Assembly: GCA_963706955.1 (NCBI GenBank) | Contig: CAVPOC010000003.1 | Coordinates: 1-64,000, forward strand | Direction of reading: 5' to 3' | Origin: an uncultured Verrucomicrobiae bacterium | GTDB lineage: Bacteria; Verrucomicrobiota; Verrucomicrobiia; Chthoniobacterales; Terrimicrobiaceae | DNA length: 64,000 bases | Shown: positions 22,769 to 32,581 of the stretch, one piece after another | Layout: each line of letters starts with the position of its first letter | Position numbering within the stretch: the first letter of the stretch is position 1 | Translations under genes and position numbers: made by a program | The notes under the pieces: generated by a model | Told to the model about the DNA's origin: nothing | The model's database searches: none | What the model saw: the letters and a program-made list of their open reading frames with translations, nothing else

Positions 22769-23305
22769 ATGGCGAAGCGCTTATTTGTCGCGCTGGAGCT
22801 GCCGGAGAGCTGTCGAGCCGTGCTGGCCGCCTTGGATCCCGAGATCAAAGGTCTTCGATGGTTCCCCAAGGAGCAGTTACACGCTACCATGAGTTTTCTC
22901 GACCGGGTCGCTCAAGAGCAGGAAGAGAAGCTTCAGGAAGTGTTGGCGCTCGTGCGAGTTCCGCCATTCTTCTTACCCATCCAAGGCGTCGGAACTTTTG
23001 GAGGAAGCAGGCCGACTGTCGTGTGGGCAGGATTGGGAAAAGCACATCCTCATTTGTTCGCCCTGCACAAGCACATCCAGGATGCAGTCCTGCGCGTAGG
23101 TTTGGAGCCTGACCTGCGGCCATTCCACGCGCACATTACTCTCGGACGGCTCAACGGAGTGTCCACTGCAACTTTATCGCCGTTCCTGCGACGCAATGCG
23201 GAGACCGAGTTCGGACTCTGGAAGGTTACAAGCTTCGCCCTGTTTTCGAGCGTGCTAACGCGGGAAGGTCCCATCTATACCCTCGAAAGGCGCTTCAAGT
23301 TCTGA
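22769..23305 (+). CDS. thpR: RNA 2',3'-cyclic phosphodiesterase (2H family)
   Basis: RLFVAL start; two HxT motifs (LHAT, HITL). Confidence 0.9.
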   Translation: MAKRLFVALELPESCRAVLAALDPEIKGLRWFPKEQLHATMSFLDRVAQEQEEKLQEVLALVRVPPFFLPIQGVGTFGGSRPTVVWAGLGKAHPHLFALHKHIQDAVLRVGLEPDLRPFHAHITLGRLNGVSTATLSPFLRRNAETEFGLWKVTSFALFSSVLTREGPIYTLERRFKF

Positions 23306-23473
23306 TCCCACGACGCAGGCGCCGGTCGGGGCGTCGCACAGGACGGAGGCGCTAAGTAGAGTGCCCCGGAAGCTTAAAATTTTTGCACGGCGGCTGCGCA
23401 AGCGCCTGTGATTCCTAAGCGCTCCACAGGCGCCTGACACCCCGTTCATCTCCGCTACGGAACTAACGATGCT

Positions 23474-24088
23474 CTACTGTCCGACTGCCGGGTTAAGTAA
23501 AGCGAGTTCCTTCTCGGTGCGATGAAAATGCTTCATAGCCAGAGACTTTCGTTCTTGAAGAATGGACTCAATATCTTCACCAACGCTAGGCATCTTCCAG
23601 ATCGCACGTCCTGGAGGAACCCAAGCCCGACCGGTGAAATTATCGGGAACAGTGCCTCCCGGCGCCACGCGGGGGTTATCCGCGACATAGAGACGCTGCC
23701 CCGTCGGGCCAAGCGCAACCATTTCCACGTGACCGTAATAGCCTCCCGGGGTGCCTCGCGCGCGCTTTCCTACTCGGCCATCGCCAAGGTAAACGAGGAC
23801 GCTTCCGAGGGGGGCGCGGTGCGGTGAACTACAGCGGAGCGGCTTCCAGCCAGCCTTGCTGAGGATTAATTCCCAGTCCTGTCCATTGCCTCCCGCCAAA
23901 CCTTTCCCCAAACCCGCGTTCTTCAGAATGGAGAGCATCCCCCTGCCGCACCACCCGGAGCCGATGTTGTCGGTGGCGCTCTCAACGGCCGCCGCCACAA
24001 GAGTGGTCTTTGTCATTAAAGGAACTCTCTCCGCAGCTGCAGCCGCAGGCACAAAAAGGACTATGGCTAAGGCACAGCGGGCGAGCAT
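23474..24088 (-). CDS. Secreted CHAP/NlpC-P60-like putative cysteine hydrolase
   Basis: Signal peptide; GWCGRG (Cys), GNGQDW, PLGSVLVY, YGHVE (His-x-Glu). Confidence 0.55.
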   Translation of the reverse strand: MLARCALAIVLFVPAAAAAERVPLMTKTTLVAAAVESATDNIGSGWCGRGMLSILKNAGLGKGLAGGNGQDWELILSKAGWKPLRCSSPHRAPLGSVLVYLGDGRVGKRARGTPGGYYGHVEMVALGPTGQRLYVADNPRVAPGGTVPDNFTGRAWVPPGRAIWKMPSVGEDIESILQERKSLAMKHFHRTEKELALLNPAVGQ

Positions 24089-24162
24089 CGGCGGTTACGA
24101 TACCTATCTGATCGCATTCGCCAAGCGTTTTCTCCCGCATTCCGGAAAAAAACTTGGTCTTG

Positions 24163-27100
24163 CTAGACTCTCAAAGCCCTGCGTCTCAGCCAGTAAAAGA
24201 TCACGGGTGTGACGATGAGGACATGCAACAGACTGCTGATCATACCTCCAATGACTGGAGTCGCCAACGGTTTCATGACCTCCGCGCCGGCCCGTGTGCT
24301 CCACATGATCGGGAGGAGACTGGCGATAACCGTGCTGACCGTCATTACCTTCGGTCTCAACCGCAGCATCGCACCCTCCATGACCGCGGACTTGAGATCC
24401 GGAAGCTTGAAAGCATTGCCTTTTTCTTCCCTCTTCTTTTCCAACGCTTCTTCCAGGTAGACAACCATGACCACGCCGGTCTGAATCGCTGTTCCAAAAA
24501 GCGCAATATAGCCGATCCAGATCGCTACGCTGAAGTTGTATCCCAGCAGGTATTGGAGGAGCGCACCTCCGGTGAGCGCAAAGGGAACTGCCAGGATCAC
24601 ATGCGCTGCCTCCAGCACCGAACGAAAGACCACAGTCAGCAGCATGAAAATGATGAGAAGAACGACCGGCACGATCAGCATCAGCGTTCGCTGAGCACTG
24701 AGTTGGCTTTCATACTGTCCGCTCCACTTCAAGGTGACTCCAGGAGGCAGATCGACGGCCTGAGCGATGCGCTCCTGGAGTTCCTTCACAAATCCCCCAA
24801 GGTCCCGGCCCTGGACGTTGCTTTGCACAAAGACGCGGAGCAATCCATCCTCGCTGGCGATCTCGCTTGCCCCACTGGAACGCCGCACCGAGGCGACTTG
24901 CCCGAGAGGCACGCTGAACCCCTCCTTGGTGGGAACCAAAATGCTGGCAAGTTGTTCGATGTCATCGCGTTCGTCTCGCGCGAGACGAAGTTGAATCGGG
25001 TATCTCGCGCGACCTTCGATCGTCGTGCTGACGTTGAGACCACCCAGCCCGATCTCAACCACGTCCATAAGGTCTCGGATGCTCAGCCCGTACCGGGCGA
25101 GCGCCAGGCGGTCAGGCAGAATTTCCACATATGGTTTCCCCTGAGTTCGCGAGGCAGCCACACCCATGGCGCCCGGCACCTGACGCACAAGATCCTCGAT
25201 CTTGAAAGCCACCTGCTGGATAGTCTCCAGATCGGACCCAAGGATCTTAATGCCCACCTGGGCCCGAATTCCGGTGCTGAGCATGAGAATCCGGTTCTCG
25301 ATCGGCTGCAAAAATCCGGGCACATAGCCAGGGATGAGGCTGAGCTTTTCCGAAAGCTCGGCAATAATCTTCTCCCGGGTGACTCCCGCTCGCCAGGACT
25401 CGACGGGCTTGAGCATGATAGTTGTTTCGATCATTTCGACCGGGGCCGGATCAGTAGGCGTGTCGGCGCGTCCCAGTTTTCCCGCAACCGATTCAACTTC
25501 CGGAACGGTGCGAATAACGCGATCCTGCCAGGCCATGATGCGCTTCACCTCGGTGAGCGAAGTACTTGGCAAGAGCACCGGCATGAAGAGCAGACTACCT
25601 TCGTTGAGCGGCGGCATGAACTCGCTGCCAATCCGGCTGGCAAAGAACAGAGCGCATGCCAGCAAACCCGCTGCGGCCGCCAGCACGAGAAGTCCATGCC
25701 GCAGGGCGAAGTCCAATGCTGGACGGTAGATCCTCATCAACAAGCGCATGACCAGGTTTTCGCTTTCTGCGCGAAATGGTCCGCGCACCAGCCAGGTGCA
25801 AAGCACGGGAACAAGGGTCACGCCCAGTAAGGTCGCGCCGACCATCGCAAAGGTCTTCGTGAAGGCGAGAGGATGGAAGAGTTTCCCCTCCTGTCCCGTC
25901 AGGGCAAAGACTGGGAGAAATGCCAGGATGATGATTGCCATGGCGAAGAAAATGGGACGCCCGACTTGATGCGCCGCGCGGCGAATGACTTCCAGGCGCG
26001 ACCACCCCCGACGCCCTGCACTCTTTTCAACCTCTTCGCAATGGCGGATGACGTTCTCTGTCATGACGATGCCGGCGTCGACCAGGACGCCAATGGCAAT
26101 GGCGATACCGGAGAGCGACATGATGTTGGAGGTAATGCCAAACGCCTGCATCAGGATGAACGAGATGAGAATGGAAATCGGCAGGGGAAGCGTGACGATA
26201 AGGATGCTGCGAAAATGCCAGAGGAAGATGATGTGGGCCAAAGTGACGAGGATGACTTCCTCGATGAGCGCGTGGCGCAACGTCTCGATGGTTTGCTCGA
26301 TCAGAGTGCTGCGATCGTAGAACGGCACAATGGTGACGCCTTTGGGTAGGCTCGGCGCAATCTGCTTGATCTTCTCCTTGACGCGCTCGATCACTTGCAT
26401 CGCGTTCTCGCCAGTGCGCATCACGACCACCCCGCCGACAACCTCGCGCCCATCCACGTCTAGTGCGCCTCTCCGAAAATCGCCTCCCATCGAAATCTCA
26501 GCGATGTCTTCGAGGTAAATCGGAAGGCCGTCTTGAGAACGAACGGCGATGCGCCGAAGATTATCGAGACTGTTGACCAGTCCGATGCCCCGCACGACAA
26601 ACTCCATTCCATTCTCTTCGATGACCTTCCCACCTACATTGATATTGCTGCTGGCAAGCGCATCCATGACTTCGCGCAAGTTCACACCAGCCTGCCGCAT
26701 TTTCCCCGAATCGACGGCCACCTGATACTGGCGAACAAAGCCCCCAATGCTGGCGACTTCAGCAACACCTTCGACAGACGCCAACTGGTACCGGATGAAG
26801 AAATCCTGCAGCGAACGAAGCGTTCCCAGATCAAAGCCGCCGAAAGCACTGCCTGGACCACTCGTCGAAGTCTGTGAAGGGTCGACTTTGAGATAATATT
26901 GGAAAACCCAACCGAGCCCGGTGGCGTCAGGACCCAATTGCGGCGTGACCCCTTCGGGAAGAACGGTCTGCAAGAAGCTCAACCGCTCCAGAACCCGCGT
27001 CCGAGCGAAGTAATTATCGATGCTGTCCTCGAAAACTACTGTCAGAAGCGAAAAACCAAACATGGAAGAGGCGCGCACCTCTCTTACTCCGGCGAGACCT

Positions 27101-27387
27101 TGAAGGTTCGTGGAAAGCGGGTAAGTCACCTGATCTTCGACCTCCTGCGGACTGCGACCAGACCAATCCGCAAAGACGATCACCTGGTTTTCGCTGAGAT
27201 CCGGAATGGCATCAACTGGGGTGTGGCGCACTGCCCAAATGCCCCATGCAACGATCAGCAGCGTGCCGCACGCAACGAGGAAACGATTCCTCAGGGACCA
27301 GTCGATCAACCACGAAATAATGCTCCCAGGCGGCGCAATTCCCTCTGGTGGACCGGCTGGAGCTGCGCTCCCGCTGGCGGGGCTCAA
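24163..27387 (-). CDS. cusA: CusA/SilA-type heavy-metal RND efflux permease
   Basis: DAIPDLSENQVIV, LGPDATGLGWV, AIAIGVLVDA, EFMPPLNEG, DPAPVEMIET; TTG start overlaps the cusB stop. Confidence 0.95.
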   Translation of the reverse strand: MSPASGSAAPAGPPEGIAPPGSIISWLIDWSLRNRFLVACGTLLIVAWGIWAVRHTPVDAIPDLSENQVIVFADWSGRSPQEVEDQVTYPLSTNLQGLAGVREVRASSMFGFSLLTVVFEDSIDNYFARTRVLERLSFLQTVLPEGVTPQLGPDATGLGWVFQYYLKVDPSQTSTSGPGSAFGGFDLGTLRSLQDFFIRYQLASVEGVAEVASIGGFVRQYQVAVDSGKMRQAGVNLREVMDALASSNINVGGKVIEENGMEFVVRGIGLVNSLDNLRRIAVRSQDGLPIYLEDIAEISMGGDFRRGALDVDGREVVGGVVVMRTGENAMQVIERVKEKIKQIAPSLPKGVTIVPFYDRSTLIEQTIETLRHALIEEVILVTLAHIIFLWHFRSILIVTLPLPISILISFILMQAFGITSNIMSLSGIAIAIGVLVDAGIVMTENVIRHCEEVEKSAGRRGWSRLEVIRRAAHQVGRPIFFAMAIIILAFLPVFALTGQEGKLFHPLAFTKTFAMVGATLLGVTLVPVLCTWLVRGPFRAESENLVMRLLMRIYRPALDFALRHGLLVLAAAAGLLACALFFASRIGSEFMPPLNEGSLLFMPVLLPSTSLTEVKRIMAWQDRVIRTVPEVESVAGKLGRADTPTDPAPVEMIETTIMLKPVESWRAGVTREKIIAELSEKLSLIPGYVPGFLQPIENRILMLSTGIRAQVGIKILGSDLETIQQVAFKIEDLVRQVPGAMGVAASRTQGKPYVEILPDRLALARYGLSIRDLMDVVEIGLGGLNVSTTIEGRARYPIQLRLARDERDDIEQLASILVPTKEGFSVPLGQVASVRRSSGASEIASEDGLLRVFVQSNVQGRDLGGFVKELQERIAQAVDLPPGVTLKWSGQYESQLSAQRTLMLIVPVVLLIIFMLLTVVFRSVLEAAHVILAVPFALTGGALLQYLLGYNFSVAIWIGYIALFGTAIQTGVVMVVYLEEALEKKREEKGNAFKLPDLKSAVMEGAMLRLRPKVMTVSTVIASLLPIMWSTRAGAEVMKPLATPVIGGMISSLLHVLIVTPVIFYWLRRRALRV

Positions 27388-29078
27388 GGTTTTACCTCCG
27401 CTCCACAACTCAGCATTTCTGCGCCGAAGTAGGGGTTGCGAATGTCGGAGCCGGATTGAACCCACTTCGCCTTGGCAGGCGCACCGGGAAAGCTGTCTCC
27501 GGTCATCGGACACTCGAAGACAGTGACATCCGAAGCTTGCCCTCCCCGCTTGAGAGCAAGCGCGAAATCCGCTCCCGCCGTGCTCCAGGGAAGAAATGCC
27601 TGGCGGAGAGCTTTCAAATCGTTGGCGGCAGAAATCTTGGGGATCTCTTTTAATTGTGCGATCAGTCCATCGATCTGCGGCTCACCTGTGTTGTCAATCG
27701 AGACAGCCAGCTCTTGCAACTTTTGGCCTGCCTCGACGGCGGCGACTTCGTCATCCGCAGCCAAAGCTTCAGAAACCTGGGCCAACTCCTTCAGGAACTC
27801 TTCACCGACGGGTTTGCTCAAGGCGCTCATCGATTGCGTGGCCGCAATCGACCCGCGCAATTGCGCCTCCGCGTCGATCATAAGATTTCCCTGCGCCACA
27901 ACCCGTTCGCCCTCCTTCAATCCGTTGAGGATCTCAATTCCCTCATCGCCAACTCTCCCGGTCTTGACGGATCGTTGTTCGTAGGCTCCCGGAGATTTTT
28001 CCACATAGACAACCGAGCGTCTGCCGTCGCGTAGAACAGCAGACCGTGGAATCACGAGGGCCTCACCAAAGTTGGCCGCAATCTCAGCCTCCGCGTAGGC
28101 CCGATGAGGGAGGACGCGCTGCAGACCGTGTTGCTCGCCATTTACCGGGGGATTGTCCACTTCGATGCGGACCTTAGTGCTGCGAGTTCGCGAATCGAAA
28201 TTCGGATCGATGAAGGTAACGGTCCCTTCGAATTCGCGGCCTGGCACAGTCGGTGTTGTCAAGGTCGCCTTCTGACCGATGCGAATGTCGGGCAGGTCAC
28301 GCTCGTAGACTTCAGCATGAAACCAGAGACGCGAGAGATTGCCCATTTCGAACAGGGGTTCTCCGGTCTTGATATACTGGCCTTTGAACGCCTTTTTGAT
28401 CAAAACGGTGCCGCTGATCGGCGCCAGCAAGTTAATGGTGTAAACGTTATCGGGCTGTCTGGCTAAAGCTGCGACCTGCTCCGGGCTGAGCCCATACTGA
28501 ACCAGGCGCTGCGCGGAGTTTCTTACCACGGCCGGATTTTCGCCGCGAGTGGCGCTTTGATATTCCCGAACAACGTAAAGGAGCTCGGGGCTGTAGATCG
28601 CCGCCAGCGGCTGGCCTTTCTCCACAAATTGCCCGACGTGCTGCACGTAGATCTCATCTATTCTGCCGTCGTAGAATGCGGCGATGATGCGGTGGATGTT
28701 TTCATCATCCTCGAGAATGCCGCTAAACCGCAGTGACTTCGTTAGGTCCAGCCGGCGAACTGGAACGGTTGTCACGGCAAGCACATCAACAGAGCGAGGA
28801 TTCAGAGCGACAATGTCTGGATCCGCCTTCATGGCCGACTCTCCCTCATACACGGGGACAAGCGCCATCCCGCAAATCGTGCAGTTGCCGGGCTTCTCCG
28901 CTGTAATCCAAGGGTGCATCGGGCTTTGATACATCCTGACCTTTCGGTCGGGTTCCGGCGCCTTGGAGCAGGACACGCCACCAACCAAGAGCGTAGCTAT
29001 CGCGACGAGCGCGAGGCCGAAATGCCATGAACTTCCGCCGACCTGGCAACCGAGGAAGCGCCGTCGCAATGAAATCAT
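27384..29078 (-). CDS. cusB: CusB-type periplasmic adaptor with N-terminal heavy-metal-binding motif and C-terminal DUF3347-like domain
   Basis: [41 protein letters not shown]. Confidence 0.9.
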   Translation of the reverse strand: MISLRRRFLGCQVGGSSWHFGLALVAIATLLVGGVSCSKAPEPDRKVRMYQSPMHPWITAEKPGNCTICGMALVPVYEGESAMKADPDIVALNPRSVDVLAVTTVPVRRLDLTKSLRFSGILEDDENIHRIIAAFYDGRIDEIYVQHVGQFVEKGQPLAAIYSPELLYVVREYQSATRGENPAVVRNSAQRLVQYGLSPEQVAALARQPDNVYTINLLAPISGTVLIKKAFKGQYIKTGEPLFEMGNLSRLWFHAEVYERDLPDIRIGQKATLTTPTVPGREFEGTVTFIDPNFDSRTRSTKVRIEVDNPPVNGEQHGLQRVLPHRAYAEAEIAANFGEALVIPRSAVLRDGRRSVVYVEKSPGAYEQRSVKTGRVGDEGIEILNGLKEGERVVAQGNLMIDAEAQLRGSIAATQSMSALSKPVGEEFLKELAQVSEALAADDEVAAVEAGQKLQELAVSIDNTGEPQIDGLIAQLKEIPKISAANDLKALRQAFLPWSTAGADFALALKRGGQASDVTVFECPMTGDSFPGAPAKAKWVQSGSDIRNPYFGAEMLSCGAEVKP

Positions 29079-31408
29079 AACGGAGTTCTCTTCAATCGAA
29101 GTGCGTTGCCGATGACTGACACGCTGCTCAAGGCCATCGCCGCGCTGGCAAAGATCGGACTGAGCAGCAGGCCAAGGAACGGATAGAGAACGCCAGCCGC
29201 GATCGGGACACCGAGTCCGTTGTAGAGAAATGCAAACCACAAATTTTGTCGGATGTTGCGCATCGTCGCGCGACTTAATGCGATGGCGTGGACGATGCCT
29301 CGCAGGTCTCCTTTCACGAGCGTGACACCGGCGCTATGCATCGCCACGTCGGTTCCAGTGCCCATGGCGATCCCGACATCAGCCGCAGCGAGCGCGGGAG
29401 CGTCGTTGACACCGTCGCCAGCCATCGCCACGATTCCTTCACGGGATTTGAATTCGAGCACTTTGGCCTGCTTCTCCGCAGGTGTAATCTCGGCAACGAC
29501 CTCGTCAATCCCCAGCCTGCTGGCAACTTGCCAGGCGGTCTCCTTGTTGTCGCCCGTCAACATGATGATCTTCAGACCGGCGCGATGCAGATTTTCGATA
29601 GCCTCTGGCGTGCTTGCCTTAATCGGATCCGAAACGGCCAACAGACCTGCCGGGTCACCCTCGACTGCCACCCAGATGACAGTGTGTCCCTGACGCTGAA
29701 GGTCGTTCGCGGCCGTATCAAGCTGTTGAAGGTTGTGAACGCCCGATCTCTCCAGAAGAGCGCGCTTTCCGACCACGACCCTCCTGCCTCTCACGGACCC
29801 CTGCACTCCTCCGCCAGGTGAGGATTCAAAATTCTCCACCTCGGGGAGCATTGTCTCACCGGCCGCGCGCACGACCGCGCCTGCCAAAGGGTGCTCACTC
29901 CGTTGTTCAAGCGCCGCCGCAAGCGAGATGACCTCTTTCTCCTGGTTAGGGGTCAGGGTCACTACTTTGACAACGCTTGGTTTTCCTTCGGTCAGCGTCC
30001 CAGTTTTATCAACGACGAGCGCCCTGACCCTGCCCAAGACTTCGACGGCTTCGGCGTCCTTGAAAAGCACGCCCATGTTCGCGCCACGCCCGACCGCGAC
30101 CATGATCGACATCGGCGTCGCCAGGCCGAGCGCACAAGGGCAGGCGATGATCAGCACGGCCACTGCATTGACCAGCGCGTAGGTAAAGGCGGGGTGCGGA
30201 CCGAGAAGGAGCCAGACCAAGAACGTGATTGCGGCAATCAACACCACGGCAGGAACGAACCACGCGGACACCACATCAGCCAACCGCTGAATGGGGGCTC
30301 TGCTCCGCTGAGCTTCGGCAACCATTTGGACGATCTGCGCGAGCATCGTCTCGGACCCGACCTTCTCCGCATGCATTAACAGACTTCCGTTTCCGTTCAG
30401 TGTTCCGCCGACAACTTTGCTATCCTTCTCCTTAGATATGGGAACTGACTCACCAGTCAGCATCGATTCATCGACCGCAGAACGCCCATCAAGAACTTTC
30501 CCGTCCACGGGAATCTTCTCACCCGGTTTCACTCGAAGCACATCCCCTGCCCGAACGAGGTCGAGAGGCACATCGTGTTCCCGGCCGTCCTCGACCCGAT
30601 GAGCAAGCTTCGGTGAAAGACCCAACAAGGCGCGAATCGCCTCTCCGGTCCCAGCGCGCGCCCGCAATTCCAAGACCTGTCCAAGGAGCACGAGAACCAC
30701 GATGAAAGAGGCTGCTTCGAAATAAACGGGCACCTCTCCGTCGTGCGTGAAGCTGTGCGGCAGCCACCCTGGAAAAAGCAGCGCGAAAACGCTGAAGACG
30801 TAGGCCGTCCCCGTCCCGAGCGCAATGAGAGTGAACATGTTCAGACTTCGCGCGACTATCGAACGCACTCCGCGCTCAAAGAACGGCCACCCGCACCAAA
30901 GAACCACCGGTGTCGCCAGGACAAGTTGAATCCACGCCGAGACTCTCGGCGGGATCGCATCCAGACCGAAAAAGTGCGCGCCCATTGCGAGAACGAGCAC
31001 CGGCAGTCCCAACACCAAGCCCACTTTGAAACGTAAAAGCATCGAGCGCAGTTCGGCGTTCTCGTCCTCCAGGGTGGCCTCAACTGGCTCAAGGGCCATC
31101 CCGCAAATTGGACAAGCGCCAGGGTGGTCCTGCCTCACCTCGGGATGCATCGGACACGTGTAGAGGGCGCCCGTCTGCCTTGCGACGGCTGGATTTCGCG
31201 CCAGCGCCATTCCGCACTTTGGGCATGCGCCTGGCGCATCCGACTCGACACCAGGACACATGGGGCAGGTCCATTCCCTCGGAGATTGCACAACCGCGGG
31301 ATGATGATGGTGATGATCTCGGTGAGGCTTCGATCCGCCCTCGCAGCACGACTTCAAAGTGCTCATGCTTCTAATTGTCATCCCAGGAAGCCCATTGGCT
31401 AACCTCAT
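29075..31408 (-). CDS. copA: Copper-translocating P1B-type ATPase
   Basis: His-rich N-terminus, TCPMC/YTCPMHP domains, TGES, CPC, DKTGT, SEHP, GDGVND, YN and MALSS Cu(I) motifs; alternative start at 31366. Confidence 0.95.
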   Translation of the reverse strand: MRLANGLPGMTIRSMSTLKSCCEGGSKPHRDHHHHHPAVVQSPREWTCPMCPGVESDAPGACPKCGMALARNPAVARQTGALYTCPMHPEVRQDHPGACPICGMALEPVEATLEDENAELRSMLLRFKVGLVLGLPVLVLAMGAHFFGLDAIPPRVSAWIQLVLATPVVLWCGWPFFERGVRSIVARSLNMFTLIALGTGTAYVFSVFALLFPGWLPHSFTHDGEVPVYFEAASFIVVLVLLGQVLELRARAGTGEAIRALLGLSPKLAHRVEDGREHDVPLDLVRAGDVLRVKPGEKIPVDGKVLDGRSAVDESMLTGESVPISKEKDSKVVGGTLNGNGSLLMHAEKVGSETMLAQIVQMVAEAQRSRAPIQRLADVVSAWFVPAVVLIAAITFLVWLLLGPHPAFTYALVNAVAVLIIACPCALGLATPMSIMVAVGRGANMGVLFKDAEAVEVLGRVRALVVDKTGTLTEGKPSVVKVVTLTPNQEKEVISLAAALEQRSEHPLAGAVVRAAGETMLPEVENFESSPGGGVQGSVRGRRVVVGKRALLERSGVHNLQQLDTAANDLQRQGHTVIWVAVEGDPAGLLAVSDPIKASTPEAIENLHRAGLKIIMLTGDNKETAWQVASRLGIDEVVAEITPAEKQAKVLEFKSREGIVAMAGDGVNDAPALAAADVGIAMGTGTDVAMHSAGVTLVKGDLRGIVHAIALSRATMRNIRQNLWFAFLYNGLGVPIAAGVLYPFLGLLLSPIFASAAMALSSVSVIGNALRLKRTPL

Positions 31409-31479
31409 TTTTTAGTTTCACCGCGCGATCGGCTTGAAGCGGTCGAGATGGGGCTCGTTAATCGTGACCTTCACGACGG

Positions 31480-31507
31480 TTAATTCCCGCGGAACCTGGA
31501 AACCCTT
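31480..31507 (-). promoter_or_regulatory. Putative ECF promoter upstream of copA
   Basis: AAGGGTTTCCAGGTTCCGCGGGAATTAA; 18/28 ungapped identity to 38021..38048. Confidence 0.6.
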
Positions 31508-31594
31508 GAGATCTCTCATCCGACGGACGCTGATACGCAAAGTTGTTCCGGCACGTATGCCGCGACCGCGCAGAGCGGACAAGATATCTTCAGC

Positions 31595-32575
31595 TCAGGC
31601 GGACGCACCTTCGGCGCGTATGTCGTCAAGCTGCTCGTCGGAACGGCTCCGGCGCAGATGCAACCAACGCCCTAGCTGTGAAGAGGCCCACACCATCACG
31701 AAAAGCAATGCCGCGGCCACGACCATTGCCCCCGCGGCCGAACAGTTAAGCCAGACGGACAGGTGCAAACCAATGATCGCGCTAAGAGCGGCGTGGACAA
31801 CCGTCAGTCCCAAACGCAAGGGGAGGCGATCGGAAAGTTGTGCGGCAAACATTGGGGGAACGATCAACATGGCGACCGCCAGAATAGCACCAACAGATTC
31901 GAAGGCGGAGACGACGACCAAAGCCAGGGCGCCCATCAGACCATAATGCCAGAGAGCCGTGCGCATTCCCAACGACTTGGCCAGCCCCGAATCAAAAGAC
32001 GTCACCAGCAGTTCTTTATAAAAAACGAAGATCGCTAAAACAACCACGACGAAAACGGCCATCATGCGCAAAGCGGAGGGTGGGCCAAGCGAGTAGCCGT
32101 TCCAGACGATCGGGGGTTCGAGTGGCACGAAAGCTATTTCTCCATACAACACGCAATCGGCGTCGATATGAAAGCTTCCCGTACTTTCGAGCATGCTCAT
32201 TAGCACGACCCCGATCGCAAAAAGAGTCGTGAAAGCAATGCAGATGGCGGCATCGGGCTTGACGCGAGATTGACGATGAATGAACTCGATGATCAGCACG
32301 GTCAACATTCCGGCGGCAAGCGCCCCGGTGAATGCCACCCACGTCGCAGCAGTCTTGAAGATCATAAACGAAACCACCAAACCGGGAAGGATGCTGTGGC
32401 TGATGGCATCTCCGACGAGCGCCATCCGGCGCAGCAGCAAAAAGTTGCCGACAAGTCCGCACGCCGCGGTCACGAAAAAGCCCATCAGAACGATCCAGAC
32501 AATAATAGAAAAGTCCGCCGTCCAAGGCTGGACCACGACACGCTGCCAGTCGAAGGTCGGAATGAGATCATCCAT
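31595..32575 (-). CDS. Mn/Zn/Fe ABC transporter permease (TroD/MntD-like)
   Basis: LRRMALVGDAISHSILPG, HIDADCVLYGEI, AFESVGAIL. Confidence 0.92.
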   Translation of the reverse strand: MDDLIPTFDWQRVVVQPWTADFSIIVWIVLMGFFVTAACGLVGNFLLLRRMALVGDAISHSILPGLVVSFMIFKTAATWVAFTGALAAGMLTVLIIEFIHRQSRVKPDAAICIAFTTLFAIGVVLMSMLESTGSFHIDADCVLYGEIAFVPLEPPIVWNGYSLGPPSALRMMAVFVVVVLAIFVFYKELLVTSFDSGLAKSLGMRTALWHYGLMGALALVVVSAFESVGAILAVAMLIVPPMFAAQLSDRLPLRLGLTVVHAALSAIIGLHLSVWLNCSAAGAMVVAAALLFVMVWASSQLGRWLHLRRSRSDEQLDDIRAEGASA

Positions 32576-32581
32576 GAGAGG

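Noticed and set aside
31418..31474. 18-codon ORF (MKVTINEPHLDRFKPIAR) between the shared motif and copA
   Set aside because: Too short to support without conservation or ribosome data
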